From positions 16,988,001 through 17,052,000 of the forward strand of contig NC_086097.1 of NCBI RefSeq assembly GCF_963921235.1: a stretch of 64,000 nucleotides of DNA. Reading direction: 5' to 3'. Source of the DNA: Mobula hypostoma. Taxonomy: Eukaryota. This document shows positions 37,462 through 51,043 of the stretch, in pieces. A program made the position numbers and the translations under genes. Each line of letters opens with the position of its first letter. The stretch's first letter is position 1. The notes below the pieces were generated by a model that made no database searches, was not told the origin of the DNA, and saw only the letters and a list, made by a program, of their open reading frames with translations.

Positions 37462-39206
37462 CAGCAACACACATAAAAATTGCTGGTGAACCCAGCAGGC
37501 CAGGCAGCATCACTAGGAAGAGGTACAGTCGATGTTTTGGGCTAGTAAGAGATTTGAAAGTAGAGGGGAGGGGGAGTTCCAAAATGATAGGAGAAGACAG
37601 GAGGGGGAGGGATGGAGCCAAGAGCTGGACAGTTGATTGGCAAAGGGGATATGAGAGTATCATGGGACAGGAGGCCCAGGGAGAAAGAAAAGGGGGGGGG
37701 AACCCCAGAGGATGGGGAAGGGGTAGAGTGAGAGGGACAGAGGAAGAAAAAGGAGAGAGAGAAAAAGAATGTGTGTATATAAATAAATAATGGATGGGGT
37801 ATGAGGGGGAGGTGGGACATTAGCGGAAGTTTGAGAAGTCAATGTTCATGCCATCAGGTTGGAGGCTACCCAGATGGAATAAAAGGTGTTGTTCCTCCAA
37901 CCTGAGTGTAGCTTCATCTTTACAGTAGTGGAGGCCATGGATAGACATATCAGAATGGGAATGGGACGTGGAATTAAAATGTGTGGCCACTGGGAGATCC
38001 TGCTTACTCTGGCAGACAGAGCGTAGGTATTCAGCGAAACGATCTCCCAGTCTGCGTCGGGTCTCGCCAATATACAGAAGGCCGCATTGGGAGCACCGGA
38101 CGCAGTATATCACCCCAGCCGACTCACAGGTGAAGTGTTGCCTCACCTGGAAGGACTGTTTGGGGCCCTGAATGGTGGTAAGGGAGGAAGTGTAAGGGCA
38201 TGTGTAGCAGTTGTTCTGCTTACAAGGATAAGTGCCAGGAGGGAGATCAGTGGGGAGGGATGGGGGGACGAATGGACAAGAGAGTCGCGTAGGGAGCGAT
38301 CCCTGTGGAAAGCAGAGGTGGGGGAGGGAAAGATGTGCTTAGTGGTGGGATCCCGTTGGAGGTGGCGGAAGTTATGGAGAACTATATGTTGGACCCGGAG
38401 GCTGGGGGGTGGTAGGTGAGGACAAGGGGAACCCAATTCCTAGTGGGGTGGCGGGAGGATGGAGTGAGAGCAGATGTACGTGAAATGGGGGAGATGCGTT
38501 TGAGAGCGGAGTTGATGGTGGAGGAAGGGAAGCCCCTTTCTTTAAAAAAGGAGGACATCTCCCTCGTCCTGGAATGAAAAGCCTCATCCTGAGAGCAGAT
38601 GCAGTGGAGACGGAGGAATTGCGAGAAGGGGATGGCATTTTTGCAAGAGACAGGGTGAGAAGAGAAATAGTCCAGATAGCTGTGAGAGTCAGCAGGCTTA
38701 TAGTAGACATCAGTAGATAAGTCGATCAGTAGATAAGAACATTGACTTGTCAAACTTCTGCTAATGCCCCTTCTCCCTCTCGTACCCCATCCGTTATTTA
38801 TTTATATACACACATTCTTTCTCTCTCTCTCCTTTTTCTCCCTCTGTCCCTCTTACTATACCCCTTGCCCATCCTCTGGGTTTTCCCCCTGCTCCCCCTT
38901 TTTTTTCTCCCTGGGCCTCCTGTCCCATGATCCTTTGATATCCCTTTTGCCTATCACCTGTCCAGCTCTTGGCTCCATCCCTCCCCCTCCTGTCTTCTCC
39001 TATCATTTTGGATCTCCCCCTCCCCCTACCACTTTCAAACCTCTTACTAGCTCTTCTTTCAGTTAGTCCTGATGAAGGGTCTCAGCTCAAAACGTCGACT
39101 GTACCTCTTCCTAGAGATCCTGCCTGGCCTGCTGCATTCACCAGCAACTTTTATCTGTGTTGCTTGAAATTCCAGCATCTGCCGATTTCCTCGTGTTTGC
39201 GTTTTT
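37462..39206 (-). mobile_element. Penelope-like element, truncated, with inverted terminal arm (about 38735-39206, + strand)
   Basis: GIY-YIG ORF 37820-38146; 14-bp TSD aaaagatttgtttg at 37448-37461 and 39207-39220. Confidence 0.92.
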
Positions 39207-41449
39207 AAAAGATTTGTTTGTTTGTTTGTTTGTTTTATCAACTACACAAAAACATTTGATAAAGTGAAGCACAATCAGTTATTTGAAATATTACAGAAGG
39301 CTCTAGATCTAGATTCAAAAGGCCTCCGTCTAATCAGAAATCTGTACTGGGAACAAACTGCCGTTGTAAAAATAGATGGAGAAGTGAGTCAGTTTACGAA
39401 AATCAAGAGAGGTGTTAGACAAGGGTATGTTTTCTCCCCTGATTTATTTAATGTGTACCGAGAAACAATATTACAAAAAAATAAGAGACATCTTGGGAAT
39501 CAAAGTTGGCAGTGAAAACATCAATAATTTCAGATATGCGGATGACACTATGTTAATAGCAAGTACGGAGGAAGAACTACAAAACTTAATTGATATAATT
39601 GTTGAAGAAAGTGCAAAAATGGGTCTATCTATCAATTGCAAAAAGACAGAATGTATGGTGATATCCAAAAAGAAGGAGAATCCTATCTGCAGGCTGAGAA
39701 TAAACAGGGAAGACATAAAACAAGTACAGAACTTTTGCTACTTAGGAAGCTGGGTGACATCAGATGGCAGGTGCGACTTGGACATTAAAAGAAGAATAGT
39801 GATGGCAAAAGTGATGCATGATAATTATGGGAAAGATTGAAGGGAAGAAAGAAGGAGGAAGACAAAGACAAATGATGATGGAGACAGCAGCCAGAGAACT
39901 GGAAATGAATACCAATGAATTGATCCACTTGACCCGAAACAGGAGTGTGTGGGCCATGACAGTCAAAGCTCAAACTGGGCATGGCACCTGATGATGATGA
40001 TGATGACAACCCTGTCTATCTGTGATGCCACTTTCAGGGAATTATGTATCTGAACTCCCAGATCTCTTTGTTCCTCCACACTCCTCAGTGCCCTACCATT
40101 TTCTGTGTATGTCCTACCTTGATTTGTCCTTCCAAAATGCAAAACCTCACACTTCTCTGCATTAAGTTCCATCTGCCATTTTCTGGCCCATTTTTCCAGT
40201 TGATCCAGATCCCTCTGCAAGCTTTGAAAGCCTTCCTCGCTGTCCACAACGCCTCCAATCTTAGTGTCATCAGCAAACTTGCTGATACAATTTACCATAT
40301 TATTATCTAGCTCACTGATATAGACAACAAACAACAATGGTCCCAGCACAGATCCTTGAGGCACACCACTAGTCACAGGCCTCCAGTCTGAGAAGCAATC
40401 ATCCACTACCAGTCTCTGTCTTCTCCCACACAGCCAATTTCAAATCCAGTTTACAACCTCTCCATGGATACCTCGTGTCTGAACCTTCTGAACTAACCTC
40501 CTGTGTGGGACCTTTTCAAAGGTCTTATTAAAGTCCGTGTAGACAACATCCACAGCCTTTCCTTCGTCTACTTTCTTGGTAACCTCCTCGAAAAAATCGA
40601 CAAGATTCGTTAAACATGATCTACCACGCACAAAGCCATGCTGACTATCTTTAACCAGCCCTTGGTTGTCCAAATACTTGTATATAAATTCCTCCTCGAT
40701 GAAATTTGTGTTCATGATCCAGAACTCCAGCTCCTGATTCAGTAACTCAACCACCACACTATCTTAACTCACTTGAACCTATAATCAGCAATCTATTGGA
40801 GATTGATTAACTCTGCAATGGGACAAAAAAAGCATCCAAATGGTATAAGCAGAAAATGCTGAGAATGAAAAGAAAGACTTTTTATTGGAAAGATTAAATG
40901 ACAACACGGATGATTGTAACAGGCAAGAAGGGAATTTTAATGTGACAAGTAGAGAAACAAAGAGTGAGTCTAAATGAGATTAAAAAAAGCCAAAGACGCA
41001 GAAGTTGCAGTTATTGAAATAAAAGGAATTTAAATACTTAGTGGTATTTTAAAGACTTAATTCAAAACTCAGTATTTTATCTACTTTGTTTAAGGACTTA
41101 AGATGATTAAGATCATTTAACTGAAGTAAAACAATTAAAATATTGTAAATTAACTGAAGTTCACCATAGTTCCCTGCAACTTGCTTTTCATTTGAATGAA
41201 TGGATATGGTAGCACCGTACTAGGTCCAAGCTGGAGCAGACTGTTCCCAAACAGATTCCCCCCTGTGATTCATGGGGAGCTGCTGCAGGTTTGTGCTTCA
41301 GTGCAGGGCCCATATCTCATCAGGGTGGGCTCAGAGGCTTCCCGGAAAACAGCTGTCAGTAAGTTCAGGGCCCCCCTCTTTAAATGAAAGGACTAAGATT
41401 AAAGTCCATGTTAGGGTAGAGGATGGGAATTAATAAATGACAAATAGAT

Positions 41450-42480
41450 TAACATAGAACAGTAGATCGCAGTACAGGCCCTTCAGCCCACAATGCGCTG
41501 ACCCTTTAACATACTTAAGGATCATTCTAACACTTCCCTCCCACATAGCCCTCCATTTTTCTTTCGTTAATATGCCTACCAAAGAGTCTCTTAAATGTTC
41601 CTAAGGTAATTGCCTCCAGAACAAGCCCTGGCAACACATTCCTTGCACTACCACTTTCTGTGGGAAAGAAAACCTACCTCAGACACCCTTCCCCTAGACA
41701 TTCCTGCAAGAACCGTAAAGGTAAGACCCCTGGTATTACCTATTTCCACCCTGGGAAAATGTCTCTGGCTGTCCCCTCCATCTATCTGATGGAGGATGAG
41801 AGGTGTCCTGACAGAGGTGTACAAGATAAAGAGAGGCATTGATCGTGTGGAGAGTCAGAGGCTTTTTCCCAGGGCTGAAATGGCTAGCATGAGAGGGCAT
41901 AGTTTTAAGGTGCTTGGAAGTAGGTATAGAGGAGATGTCGGGGTAAGATCTTTACGCAGAGAGTGGTGAAAGTGGGTTGCCGGTGGCGGTGGTGGAGGTG
42001 GAAACGATAGGGTCTTTTAAGAGACTCCTGGATGGGTACATGGAGCTTAGAAAAATAGAGGGCTATTGGTAAGCCTAGGTAGTTCTAAGGTAAGGACATG
42101 TTCAGCACAGCTTTGTGGGCCGAAGGGGCTGTATTGTGCTGTGGGTTTTCTATGTTTCTATGCCTCTTATCACCTTGCACAGTTCTATCAAGTTACCTCT
42201 CATCCAGGGGTTCCCATCCTGTGTTCCACAGATCCCTTGTTTAATGGCATTGGTCTGTGGCATAAAAATGATTGGGAACCCCTGCTCTCATCCTTATTTG
42301 CTCCAAAGAGAGAAGCCCTAGCTCATTTAGTCTACCCCCATAAAATATACTCTCCAATCCTGGCAGCATCCTGGTAAATCACCTCTGCACCCTCTCTAAA
42401 GTTTCCACATCCTTTCTATAATGAGGCGAGCAGAAGTGCTCGCAGTACTCTGAATGTGGTCTAACCAGAGTTTTATAGAC
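41450..42480. mobile_element. Composite of CR1 3' fragments (minus-strand copy interrupted by a plus-strand copy at about 41788-42162)
   Basis: 41800-42160 closely matches 29880-30260; flanks are the reverse complement of a CR1 3' region. Confidence 0.75.
42205..42284. mobile_element. 80-bp hAT-type MITE
   Basis: TIR CAGGGGTTCCCA / TGGGAACCCCTG; perfect 8-bp TSD ctctcatc at 42197-42204 and 42285-42292. Confidence 0.88.
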
Positions 42481-43894
42481 CAATGAATTAATTCAGCTTG
42501 GTGAATCCTATGCCTGCTGGCATTTAACTGGGAAGTACTGACTGATTGCTGTGGAATTTTTGCACTTGTCTTCAAAATCCTGGATAATATCCGAAACTGT
42601 TGAACTCACTGCTCGGTCTGGAAGGCTGCACAATGTAAAACTTAATTATAGATTGTAATTATATCCTTCCATTGGAATATTTCAGCATAATCACACCTCC
42701 CCTCACACTCTATTTGGCCTCCAAATACCAAACTGTGATTTCTTTGTACTTTTTAATTTATCTGCTGATCGCAATGTGGTACCCTCTGCAACAGGGAGAA
42801 CAAAAATATTCATTGTATCCAGTTTGCAGGATACCTCCAAATATTTGCAAAAGTAACCCCAAGCCTGAGTCTGCCAGGATAATTTTGTGTCCCATTCCTT
42901 CTGTGATGAGAGGTCTAGGCGAGGATGATAACGATTCATGTGTTGGAGTATATAAGATGAGAATTGAGACATAGTTTTGATGACAGGGTTCTTGACTAGA
43001 TGCTAGATGAGAACCTGATGAGACCAGACGAGAATCCAGACAAGAAAGAAATCCCAAACACAATCGCAGACAGAACCTGAGCTCTGGTGCTCTGTAAATA
43101 TCCAAATCTTGGTGCCAAAACATGGCCGCTTATTAGTGGAGTGGGCCAGAATCTTTAAAGGGACTGTCCCAGCTATCCATACTCTGGAGGGTCAGAGCAT
43201 CTAAAATCTGGAGGCTGCCGCGGACGGCTGCATACCGTAACATCTTCTTTGACCTCCCCGTCATCAGCCTCCCTGAATCTGCAATGCAAGTCCACAGAAC
43301 CACCTTTCAGTTTCTCAGGACTTAAGTTCAGCAATTTCAGAAGCAAGATTCAGTTTCTCACAGTTGCAGCTCCTCTGGACAAAAATGTTTTGTTTCTTTG
43401 TCTCCCACATTACATTTACTTTTGTCTTGGTTCATCAATGCATTTGTCATTTCTCCCATTCTATCCTAAAATGGACAATCCCTTTGTTCTTTCCTCTATT
43501 CCAATTTCCCTTTCAATCTGAAAATGTTCTGGTATGGATCACAAAAACATAGAATTGTACTGAGCAGAACCTAACCTTGCCAACTGCGATGATTATCCGC
43601 ACTAATTCCATTTGCCTGGAATTGGCTCAGATCCCTCTGCAGCTTTTCTATTCACGTGTCGATGCAAATGTCTTTCAGAAGTTATTATTGCGTCTGCCTC
43701 CACCACCTCCTCCAGCATTTGTCCCAGATATTCACCAGCCTTCTGTGTGAGAGACCTAACCTTCAGATCGCTCTTAAATTTCACTTTAAACTCTGTCCTC
43801 TAGTTCTAGTCACCTTGTCCTTAGAAAAAGTCTCTGCCTATTCCATCCATGCACTTTGTATTTTTATAAGCCTCTGTAAGGTCCCTTTCAGAGA

Positions 43895-44352
43895 ATTGTC
43901 AGGATGGAGCTCCCAGGACTGGACACCATCTATTCCAGCAGACTCAGGAGGAAAGCAATCAGCATAACCAGAGACACCACACACCCCGGCCACTCCGTGT
44001 TTGACCCGCTGCCGTCCAGCAAAAGGTTCAGGACACTAAAAGCCAGAACAAATAGACTGAGGATCAGCTTCTATCCCAGAGCTGTGGCCTCCATCACACC
44101 ACCCCCACAGAACAATGACTGAAACTGTGAGCACACACATGCAAGGACTCAAATACCTGCACTAACGGCACTTTGTGCATTACTGTGATATTCTGGTGCT
44201 GCTGCAACTTATTTTCTGCTACTTATCTATTTAATACTGTTTTTCTGTTACTCTCTTGTTTTTATCTACTGCTTTATTTAATTGCCTGAGAGGAAGCCAA
44301 ACAGAGTTTCATTGTACCTTTGTATAATGACAATAAAGATCATTCAATTCAG
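43895..44352 (+). mobile_element. Rex1-like LINE 3' end
   Basis: 'DTTHPGHSVFDPLPSSKRFRTLKARTNRLRISFYPRAV'; tail caataaag..attcaattca. Confidence 0.8.
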
Positions 44353-44795
44353 TCTCCAACGTTACAGTGAGAATAAACCCAGGCTATCTCAGCTCTCTTT
44401 ATAACTACAACTCTCCTTTTGAGGTAACATCTTGGTGAATCTCTTCTGAACCCTCTCTGTTGCTACCACAAAACCCACTAGCTGTGTTTTATTTACTATT
44501 GCAGTGGAGTCACCTCTACAGTGGTGAGATCAGCTATAGTTATTATTAACAAATTGCAAATCACCTCTCTATTTCTAACTCTTAAGGAACATCTGAACAG
44601 GTATTTGACTAAACTGGGCTTAGAGAGGGATACAGAATTAATGCAGAGTTGGGCATAGTGGTTGGTATAGCCACAGTGGGCTTGTTTCTGTGATGTACAA
44701 CTCTGTAACTCTATGACCTTTTTCATGTAGTGTGGCAACAGACCTGTACACAACACTCTCTATAAATCTGACCCTTTTCAATTCTTATGAAAGCT

Positions 44796-46846
44796 TGTGG
44801 TGGCTCACCCATGCAGCAAGCGAACCGGCTCCAGCAGTCGCCAGCAAGCCCGCAGCCAGCGGCAACCGAGAGGGTTCTGAGTGCGGGGCAGACCTCGGCC
44901 CAGAAGCCGACGTCGCTTCTGCCACACAAAGAGCGGGGGATGCTGGGAGCGGTCCAATCTTCTGCACCACTCAACCCCTGGTCTGGTTCGAGCAATCGGA
45001 GGCCCAGTTTCAGGTCAGGCAAATTGTCTCAGACGCCACCAGGTATTACGACGTGGTGGGCGCCCTCAACCAGGAGACAGCGGGCCGCATTATCGACTTT
45101 CTGCATCAGCCCCCGGCAACAGACAGGTACGAGGCACTCAAGGCCCTGTTAATCTGCACATTTGGCCTCTCCTGCAGCCTGGGCAACCGCGCGCCATCAG
45201 CCCTGATGAGCGACATGCTAGCGCTGGCAGACAGCCATAAGCCTTGCCTGCTTTTTGAACAGATCTTCTTGGAGAAAATGCCAGAAGACATCCACCTCCT
45301 GCTAGCAGATGAAGACTTCAGAGACCCGTGCAGGGTGGCTGCCTGTGTGGACGTGCTTTGACGCGCCAAACAAAGTGGTGGAAACACTATCGGAATTAGT
45401 GCTGTCCCACGGCTGAAAGCCCAGCCCTCCCACACCCCAGCAGCAGAGCATGTAACGCTCACACCAAGGGACGGCACCACTTCTGAGTCTTGGTGTTTTT
45501 ATCATCAAAAGTGGGGTTCCGACTGCTTGGGGGCGCCGTGTTTTCGACGCCTTGCACGGTTTAGCCCACCCTTCCATCCAGGCAGCCATCCAGCTGATCG
45601 CAGACAGGTTTGTGTGGCACGACCTACACAAGCAGGTCGGGCACTGGGCCAGGACATGCACGCACTGCAACCCTTCCAGCTGACACATAGGAGGTTTGAA
45701 CATGTCCATGTGGACATCGTCAGCCCACTGCCGGTTTCGAGAGGAGCGAGATACCTGTTCACCATGGTGGACAGGTTCACGAGGTGGCTGGAAGCTATCC
45801 CACTCGCTGACACGTCCACGGAGACATGTGCCAGAGCCCTGATTACCACCTGGGTGGCACGGTTCAGACTCCCAGCCCACGTCACTTCAGATAGGGGTGT
45901 GCAGTTCACATCGGCTTTGTGGTCTGCACTGGCACAACTCCTGGGAACCCAGCTCCACTGAACGACTGCTTACCACCTGCAGTCCCCAATGGCCTGGCGG
46001 AACGTTTCCACAGGCACTTGAAGTCAGCCCTGATGGCATGCCTCCGAGGGCCAGACTGGGTTGACGAACTCCCCTGGGTGCTGCTTGGCATCCGCACGGC
46101 ACCCAAGGAGGACCTGGCCACATCATCGGCCGAACTTGTTTACGGTGCCCCGCTCACAGTTCCCGGTGAGTTATCCCAGCACCCCGTGACCAGGAGGACA
46201 ACACCTATGGTGGTCCTAACTAAACTCTGGGAGCGACTTGAAACACTTGCCCCAGTCTCGACATCCCATCACAGAACAGCACCTTCTTTCGTGCCCAAGG
46301 ACCTACAACAGAGCAGGTATGTTTTCGTTTGCCGAGGCATGCACAGACCACCCCTTCAGTGACCATATGAGGGACCCTATAAGGTGGTGCACCATAATGG
46401 AGCGACCTGCGTTCTCGACATCGGTGGTCGTGAAGAGACTTTTGCCATTGACCGTCTCAAGCTGGTGCACCTAGACCTCAATCACCCGGTTGTCCCACGA
46501 CGTTGAGGCTGGCCACCTAAAAGAACTGACAGTGTGCAGACTGTGGACTCTGCACCTCCTAGCGCCGGTTCTGGGTGCGGGGGGGGGGTCATGTGGCGGT
46601 TCGCCCACGCGGCAAGCGAACCGGCTCTAGCAGTCGCCGGCGAGTCCGCAGCCAGCGGCAACCGAGAGGGCTCTGAGTGCGGGGCAGACCTGAGCCCGGA
46701 AGCCGATGTCACTTCCATTCCGCAAAGGGCAGGGGATGCTGGGAGCGGGCACTTAAGTGCGTACCGATTCAAACAGTAAACGGTTCAACCAGAACCTGCT
46801 CGACTCAGTGTGTTGCTTTCACTTGTTGCGTATCAGCGCGACTACA
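44796..46846 (+). mobile_element. Gypsy LTR retrotransposon, internally deleted (gag remnant + integrase, no PR/RT/RNaseH)
   Basis: TG..CA ends; LTRs 44796-44953 (truncated) and 46592-46846; G-rich PPT; 4-bp TSD agct; gag 'PLVWFEQSEAQF'; integrase 'HVHVDIV..VDRFTRWLEA..TSDRGVQFTS..NGLAERFHR'. Confidence 0.93.
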
Positions 46847-47423
46847 AGCTCTGATACAGACAAGGTGGAGCCGGTGCCACAGTGACATTCTGTGGGACAC
46901 GTACAATAATTCCAAATATATTCTTCTTTTGCCCATTACGCTGTTGGCGTTAGGGCAGCAACGAAGGTCCTCCATCTCTGGCGGTGCTCACGGTTTCCTT
47001 CATCATGTCAGTAGCTTCCTCTAGGTTTACTACCAGTCTTGCAAGTCCCAGGTGGAAACTCAGGAATACTGTTCTACACAGATGTAGAAGGATTCTTCAT
47101 TGCTGTTTCTGTAATGGCTTTGTTTGACCAGTCAGGGTTGTTAGCCCTGAGCTGAACCCCCGAACCTGGAGGACTGGTGGACCACTCTTAGTCTGGCCTC
47201 TACCCTTTGACCTGTTTGGCCTGGGTGACCCTACCAAGAGCTGAAGCATAAACATTGCCTCCAGCCAGCACAGCTCTCTGGGTCACTGAGGCATGCAAGC
47301 CTCCAAATGATGACAGGGTTGTGGTCCTCTTGGAGGACTTCGAACTATACCTCTTTTGAATTACTCTCACTGAAATCTGCAGCATGTAATATCCTTTTAA
47401 GCAATGTACTTTTAAATTGACAG

Positions 47424-47591
47424 ATATCATGATTTTCTGAAGGATTTGGCAGACCAGGCAAGTACAACACCTTTAAGTGGACAAAGGCTCATCACCATGG
47501 CTGGAAGCGAGGCAGGAAGGGGGAGAGGAGAGGGGGGATTCCAAGCCAGGCTGAAACACAGAGGAATGAGGCCCCTTCTACGCAGCCTCTT
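47424..47591 (+). other. Candidate exon (alternative acceptor gives start 47443)
   Basis: Acceptor ttttaaattgacag (or gattttctgaag) and donor CTT|gtaagc; purine-rich; open frame phase-compatible with 30914-30962. Confidence 0.3.
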
Positions 47592-47734
47592 GTAAGCAAA
47601 TGTGCAGTTGCTGGAGTACAAAATTGAGGACCTGAGTGCAATATTGCTGTATCTGAGGGAAATAAGAGATTATTGTGTTCTCTGCTTGAAAGAGACATGG
47701 CTTTTTTCTAGCACGTCAGATATGGTAATCAGAC

Positions 47735-49430
47735 CCGTAGGCTTCTCTTGGCACTCAATGTCAGTAAGACGAAAGAGCTGATTGTGGACTTCAGGAAGGG
47801 TAAGATGAAGGAGCACATACAAATCCTCATAGAAGGATCAGAAGTGGAGAGAGTGAGCAGCTTCAAGTTCCTGGGTGTCAAGATCTCTGAGGATCTAACC
47901 TGGTCCCAACGCATTGATGTAGTCATGAAGAAGGCAAGACAGTGACTATACTTCATTAGGAGTTTGAAGCGATTTGGCATGTCAACAACTACACTCAAAA
48001 ACTTCTATAGTTGTGCCATGAAGAGCATTCTGACAGGCTGCATCACTGTCTGGTATGGAGGGGCTACTGCACAGGACCGAAAGAAGCTGCAGAAGGTTGT
48101 AAATCTAGTCAGCTCCATCTTGGGCACTAGCCTACAAAGTACCCAGGACATCTTCAGGGAGCGGTGTCTCAGAAAGGCAGTGTCCATTATTATAGACCTC
48201 CAGCACCCAGGACATGCTCTTTCCTCAGGTAGGAGATACAGAAACCTGAAGGTACACACTCAGCGATTCAGGAACAGCTTCTTCTCTTCTGCCATCCGAT
48301 TCCTAAATGGACTTTGAAGCTTTAGATGCTACCTCACTTTTAAAAATATACAGTATTTCTGTTTTTGCACATTTTAAAATAATCTATTCAATATACGTAA
48401 TTGATTTACTTGTTTATTTATTATGTTTTATTTTATTTACTGTATTATGATTATTTCTCTCTCTCTCTGCTAGATTATGTATTGCATTGAACTGCTGCTG
48501 ATAAGTTAACAAATTTCACGTCACATGCCGGTGATAATAAACCTGATTCTGATTCTGATTCTTAGGATGGATCGAACTACTGATTCAGGGAAATGGTGGA
48601 GGTGTGAATTTCATGATAGACGATCAGTGGTGCTTCAATGTGGCTGTTTTGTCAAACTCGTTTTCCCCTGACCTTGAACACTTAACGGTCAAATGTCATC
48701 CAATCGATTTACCGAGGAAGTTCTCCTCCATAATCCTGACATAGTTTACATACCACCAGTGGCTGACTATAAGGCACTGCATGATGCCATCTCCAAACAA
48801 GAACCAATCTATCCCGACACATTTCAAATCATAGTCAGTGACTTCAGTCAGGCTTGTTTGAAGAAAACCCTATCCAATTACCATCAGCATATACCCTGCA
48901 GCAATAGAGATCCCAACACACTAGACCGCTGTTATCGTCAGAGAAGGAATGCCTACTGTTCCATGCCCAGACCACATCTTGGTGAATCAGATCACTTGGC
49001 TGTCCCTGGCTAAGTACAAAAGAGCTGTGCTGATCAACTGGTTGGAGCGCTTACTGAGATTTTTAACCTGCCACTTTGGAACTTGAGGTATCCACCTGCT
49101 TCAAGTACGCTTCAATTATACTGATGAAGTATGTGCTGATTTGCCTCAATAACTATCAGCCAGTAGCATTTCCATCCACAGTGAAGAAATGTTTTGAGAG
49201 GTCGGTGATGAAACATGAACTCATGCCTAAGAAATTACTTGGATTTGCTCCAATTTGCCTACTGGGGCAAAAGGTGCAAAGCAGATGCCATTTCATTGGC
49301 TCTTCGCTCAACCCTGGATCATCTGGATAGCAGAAATACATGAATCAGGATGCTCTTTATCAGCTACAGCTCAGTATTCAATACCATCATCCCCTCAAAA
49401 CTAATCAATAAGCTTCAAGACCTTGGCTCA
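47735..49430 (+). mobile_element. Rex1/Babar-like LINE fragments (3' end 47735-48560; older endonuclease/RT piece 48565-49430)
   Basis: '[30 protein letters not shown]', (gattct)n tail; 'VYIPP..NTLDRCY..HLGESDHLAV'. Confidence 0.85.
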
Positions 49431-50159
49431 AATTTGCTGAAACGGGGTGCAAGAATTAATGCAAATGAATAAATAAAGGGTTGATTTTGAACAGCCAAGC
49501 ATAATATGGGACTGCACTAGAAAAGGTGCAAATGAGGTTTCCAAGGAATTAGCCAGGCCTTGAGAATTAGGCTCTTATGTTGGAAAAAAAGGAGAGATTA
49601 AGTTCAAGTTTGCAAACACAGGTATAAGTGCTGTGGGAGTTAGCTTTAATGGGGGAAATAGAGTTAAGGTAATTGCCAGAAGGAGTAGAGAGGTGTTGAG
49701 AAAAATAATTTCAGGCAAAGAGTAATTACTATTGAATCTCACTGACTGAAAATATGGTGGATGTAGAAATCTTCATTATTTATACAAATAATCTCAGTGA
49801 CTCCAAGCTAAGTTATAACAGGGTTTTGGACCAAGTTCTAAGAAGCCCCATTTTTGGCCATCAATAATAGAAAGGGCTGAATGGCTACCTTAATTGATTT
49901 TATCCTTACTTTCCTAAGTTATTGTGCGTTAAATGTGTGTTATGTGTGCTACTATGTTTTACACTCTCGTTTAGAGAAACATTGTCTAATTTGATGATAT
50001 ATATGTATATAGTCAAATGACAATAAACTTGACTTAGTCTATGCTATAGGCCGCAGATTACTGGATGTATGAGTCAGTGGGTAAGGTAGGAGAATGTTTT
50101 GTTTCGCTGAACATTAACTTCTCTAGAGGAGGTACAATAGTGGAACACATACAAAATGT

Positions 50160-51043
50160 GCCGTATCTCGGGTAACGATGAGTTTGAGTACAGAGAGGAA
50201 ATTAAGAACCTGGTGACATGGAGCGAAGACAATAACCTATCCCTCAACGTCAGCAAGACGAAGGAATTGGTTGTTGACTTCAGAAGTAGTAGTGAACCCA
50301 ATTTACATCAGTGGTGCGCAAGTGGAACAGGTCAAAAGCTTTAAGTTCCTCGGGGTCAATATCACAAATGACCTGACTTGGTCCAGCCAAGCAGAGTTCA
50401 CTGCCAAGAAGGCCCACCAGCGCCTTTACTCCCTGAGAAAGCTAAAGAAATTTGGCCTGTCCATTAAAACCCTAATTTTTATAGATGCACTGTAGAAAGC
50501 ATTCTTCTAGGGTGCATCACAACCTGGTATGGAAGTTGTCCTGTCCAAGACCGGAAGAAGCTGCAGAAGATCGTGAACACGGTGCAGCACATCACACAAA
50601 CCAATCTTCCATCCTTGGACTCACTTTACACTGCACGCTGTCGAAGCAGTGCTGCCAGGATAATGAAGGACACAACCCACCCAGCCAACAGACTTTTTGT
50701 CCCTTTTCCCTCTGGGAGAAGGCTCAGGAGCTTGACGACTCGTACAGCCAGATTTGGGAACAGCTTCTTTCCAACTGTGATAAGACTGCTGAACGGATCC
50801 TGACCTGGATCTGGGCCGGACCCTCCAAATATCTGGACCTGCCTCTCGGTTTTCTTGCACTACCTTACTTTCCATTTTTCTATTTTCTATTTATGATTTA
50901 TAATTTAAATTTTTAATATTTACTAATTTTTACTATTTTTAATATTTAATATTTGTAATCCAGGGAGCGGAAAGTGCAGGATCAAATATCGCTGTGATGG
51001 TTGTACGTTCTAGTATCAATTGTTTGGCGACAATAAAGTATAA
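50160..51043 (+). mobile_element. Rex1-like LINE 3' fragment (same family as the inverted pair)
   Basis: '[25 protein letters not shown]'; matching 3' UTR and tail. Confidence 0.9.

Larger units (their letters stand above)
33092..40005 (+). mobile_element. RTE-clade LINE (endonuclease + RT), interrupted three times
   Basis: 'IATWNVRTL', 'IIQVYAPT', 'YPGADCNSDHN', 'FINYTKTFDKVKH', 'GVRQG..SPDLFN', 'FRYADDT'; (GAT)n tail at about 39990-40005; TSD at 33080-33091 and 40006-40017 (1 mismatch). Confidence 0.92.
32428..40680 (-). mobile_element. CR1 LINE split by an RTE insertion (pieces 32428-33091 and 40006-40680)
   Basis: ORF 32650-33162 'KKAFGILAFINQSIEY..' joins ORF 39963-40406 '..NSLKVASQIDRVV'; 12-bp TSD a(a/c)aaccctgtct. 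Confidence 0.9.

Noticed and set aside
41775..41795. Hairpin cctccatc-tatct-gatggagg at a CR1/CR1 junction
   Set aside because: Each half is explained by the adjoining CR1 sequences; cannot be told apart from coincidence
42672..43123. Overlapping 89-121 aa ORFs in unique sequence
   Set aside because: No recognisable domain, no convincing splice-site pair, and lengths plausible by chance
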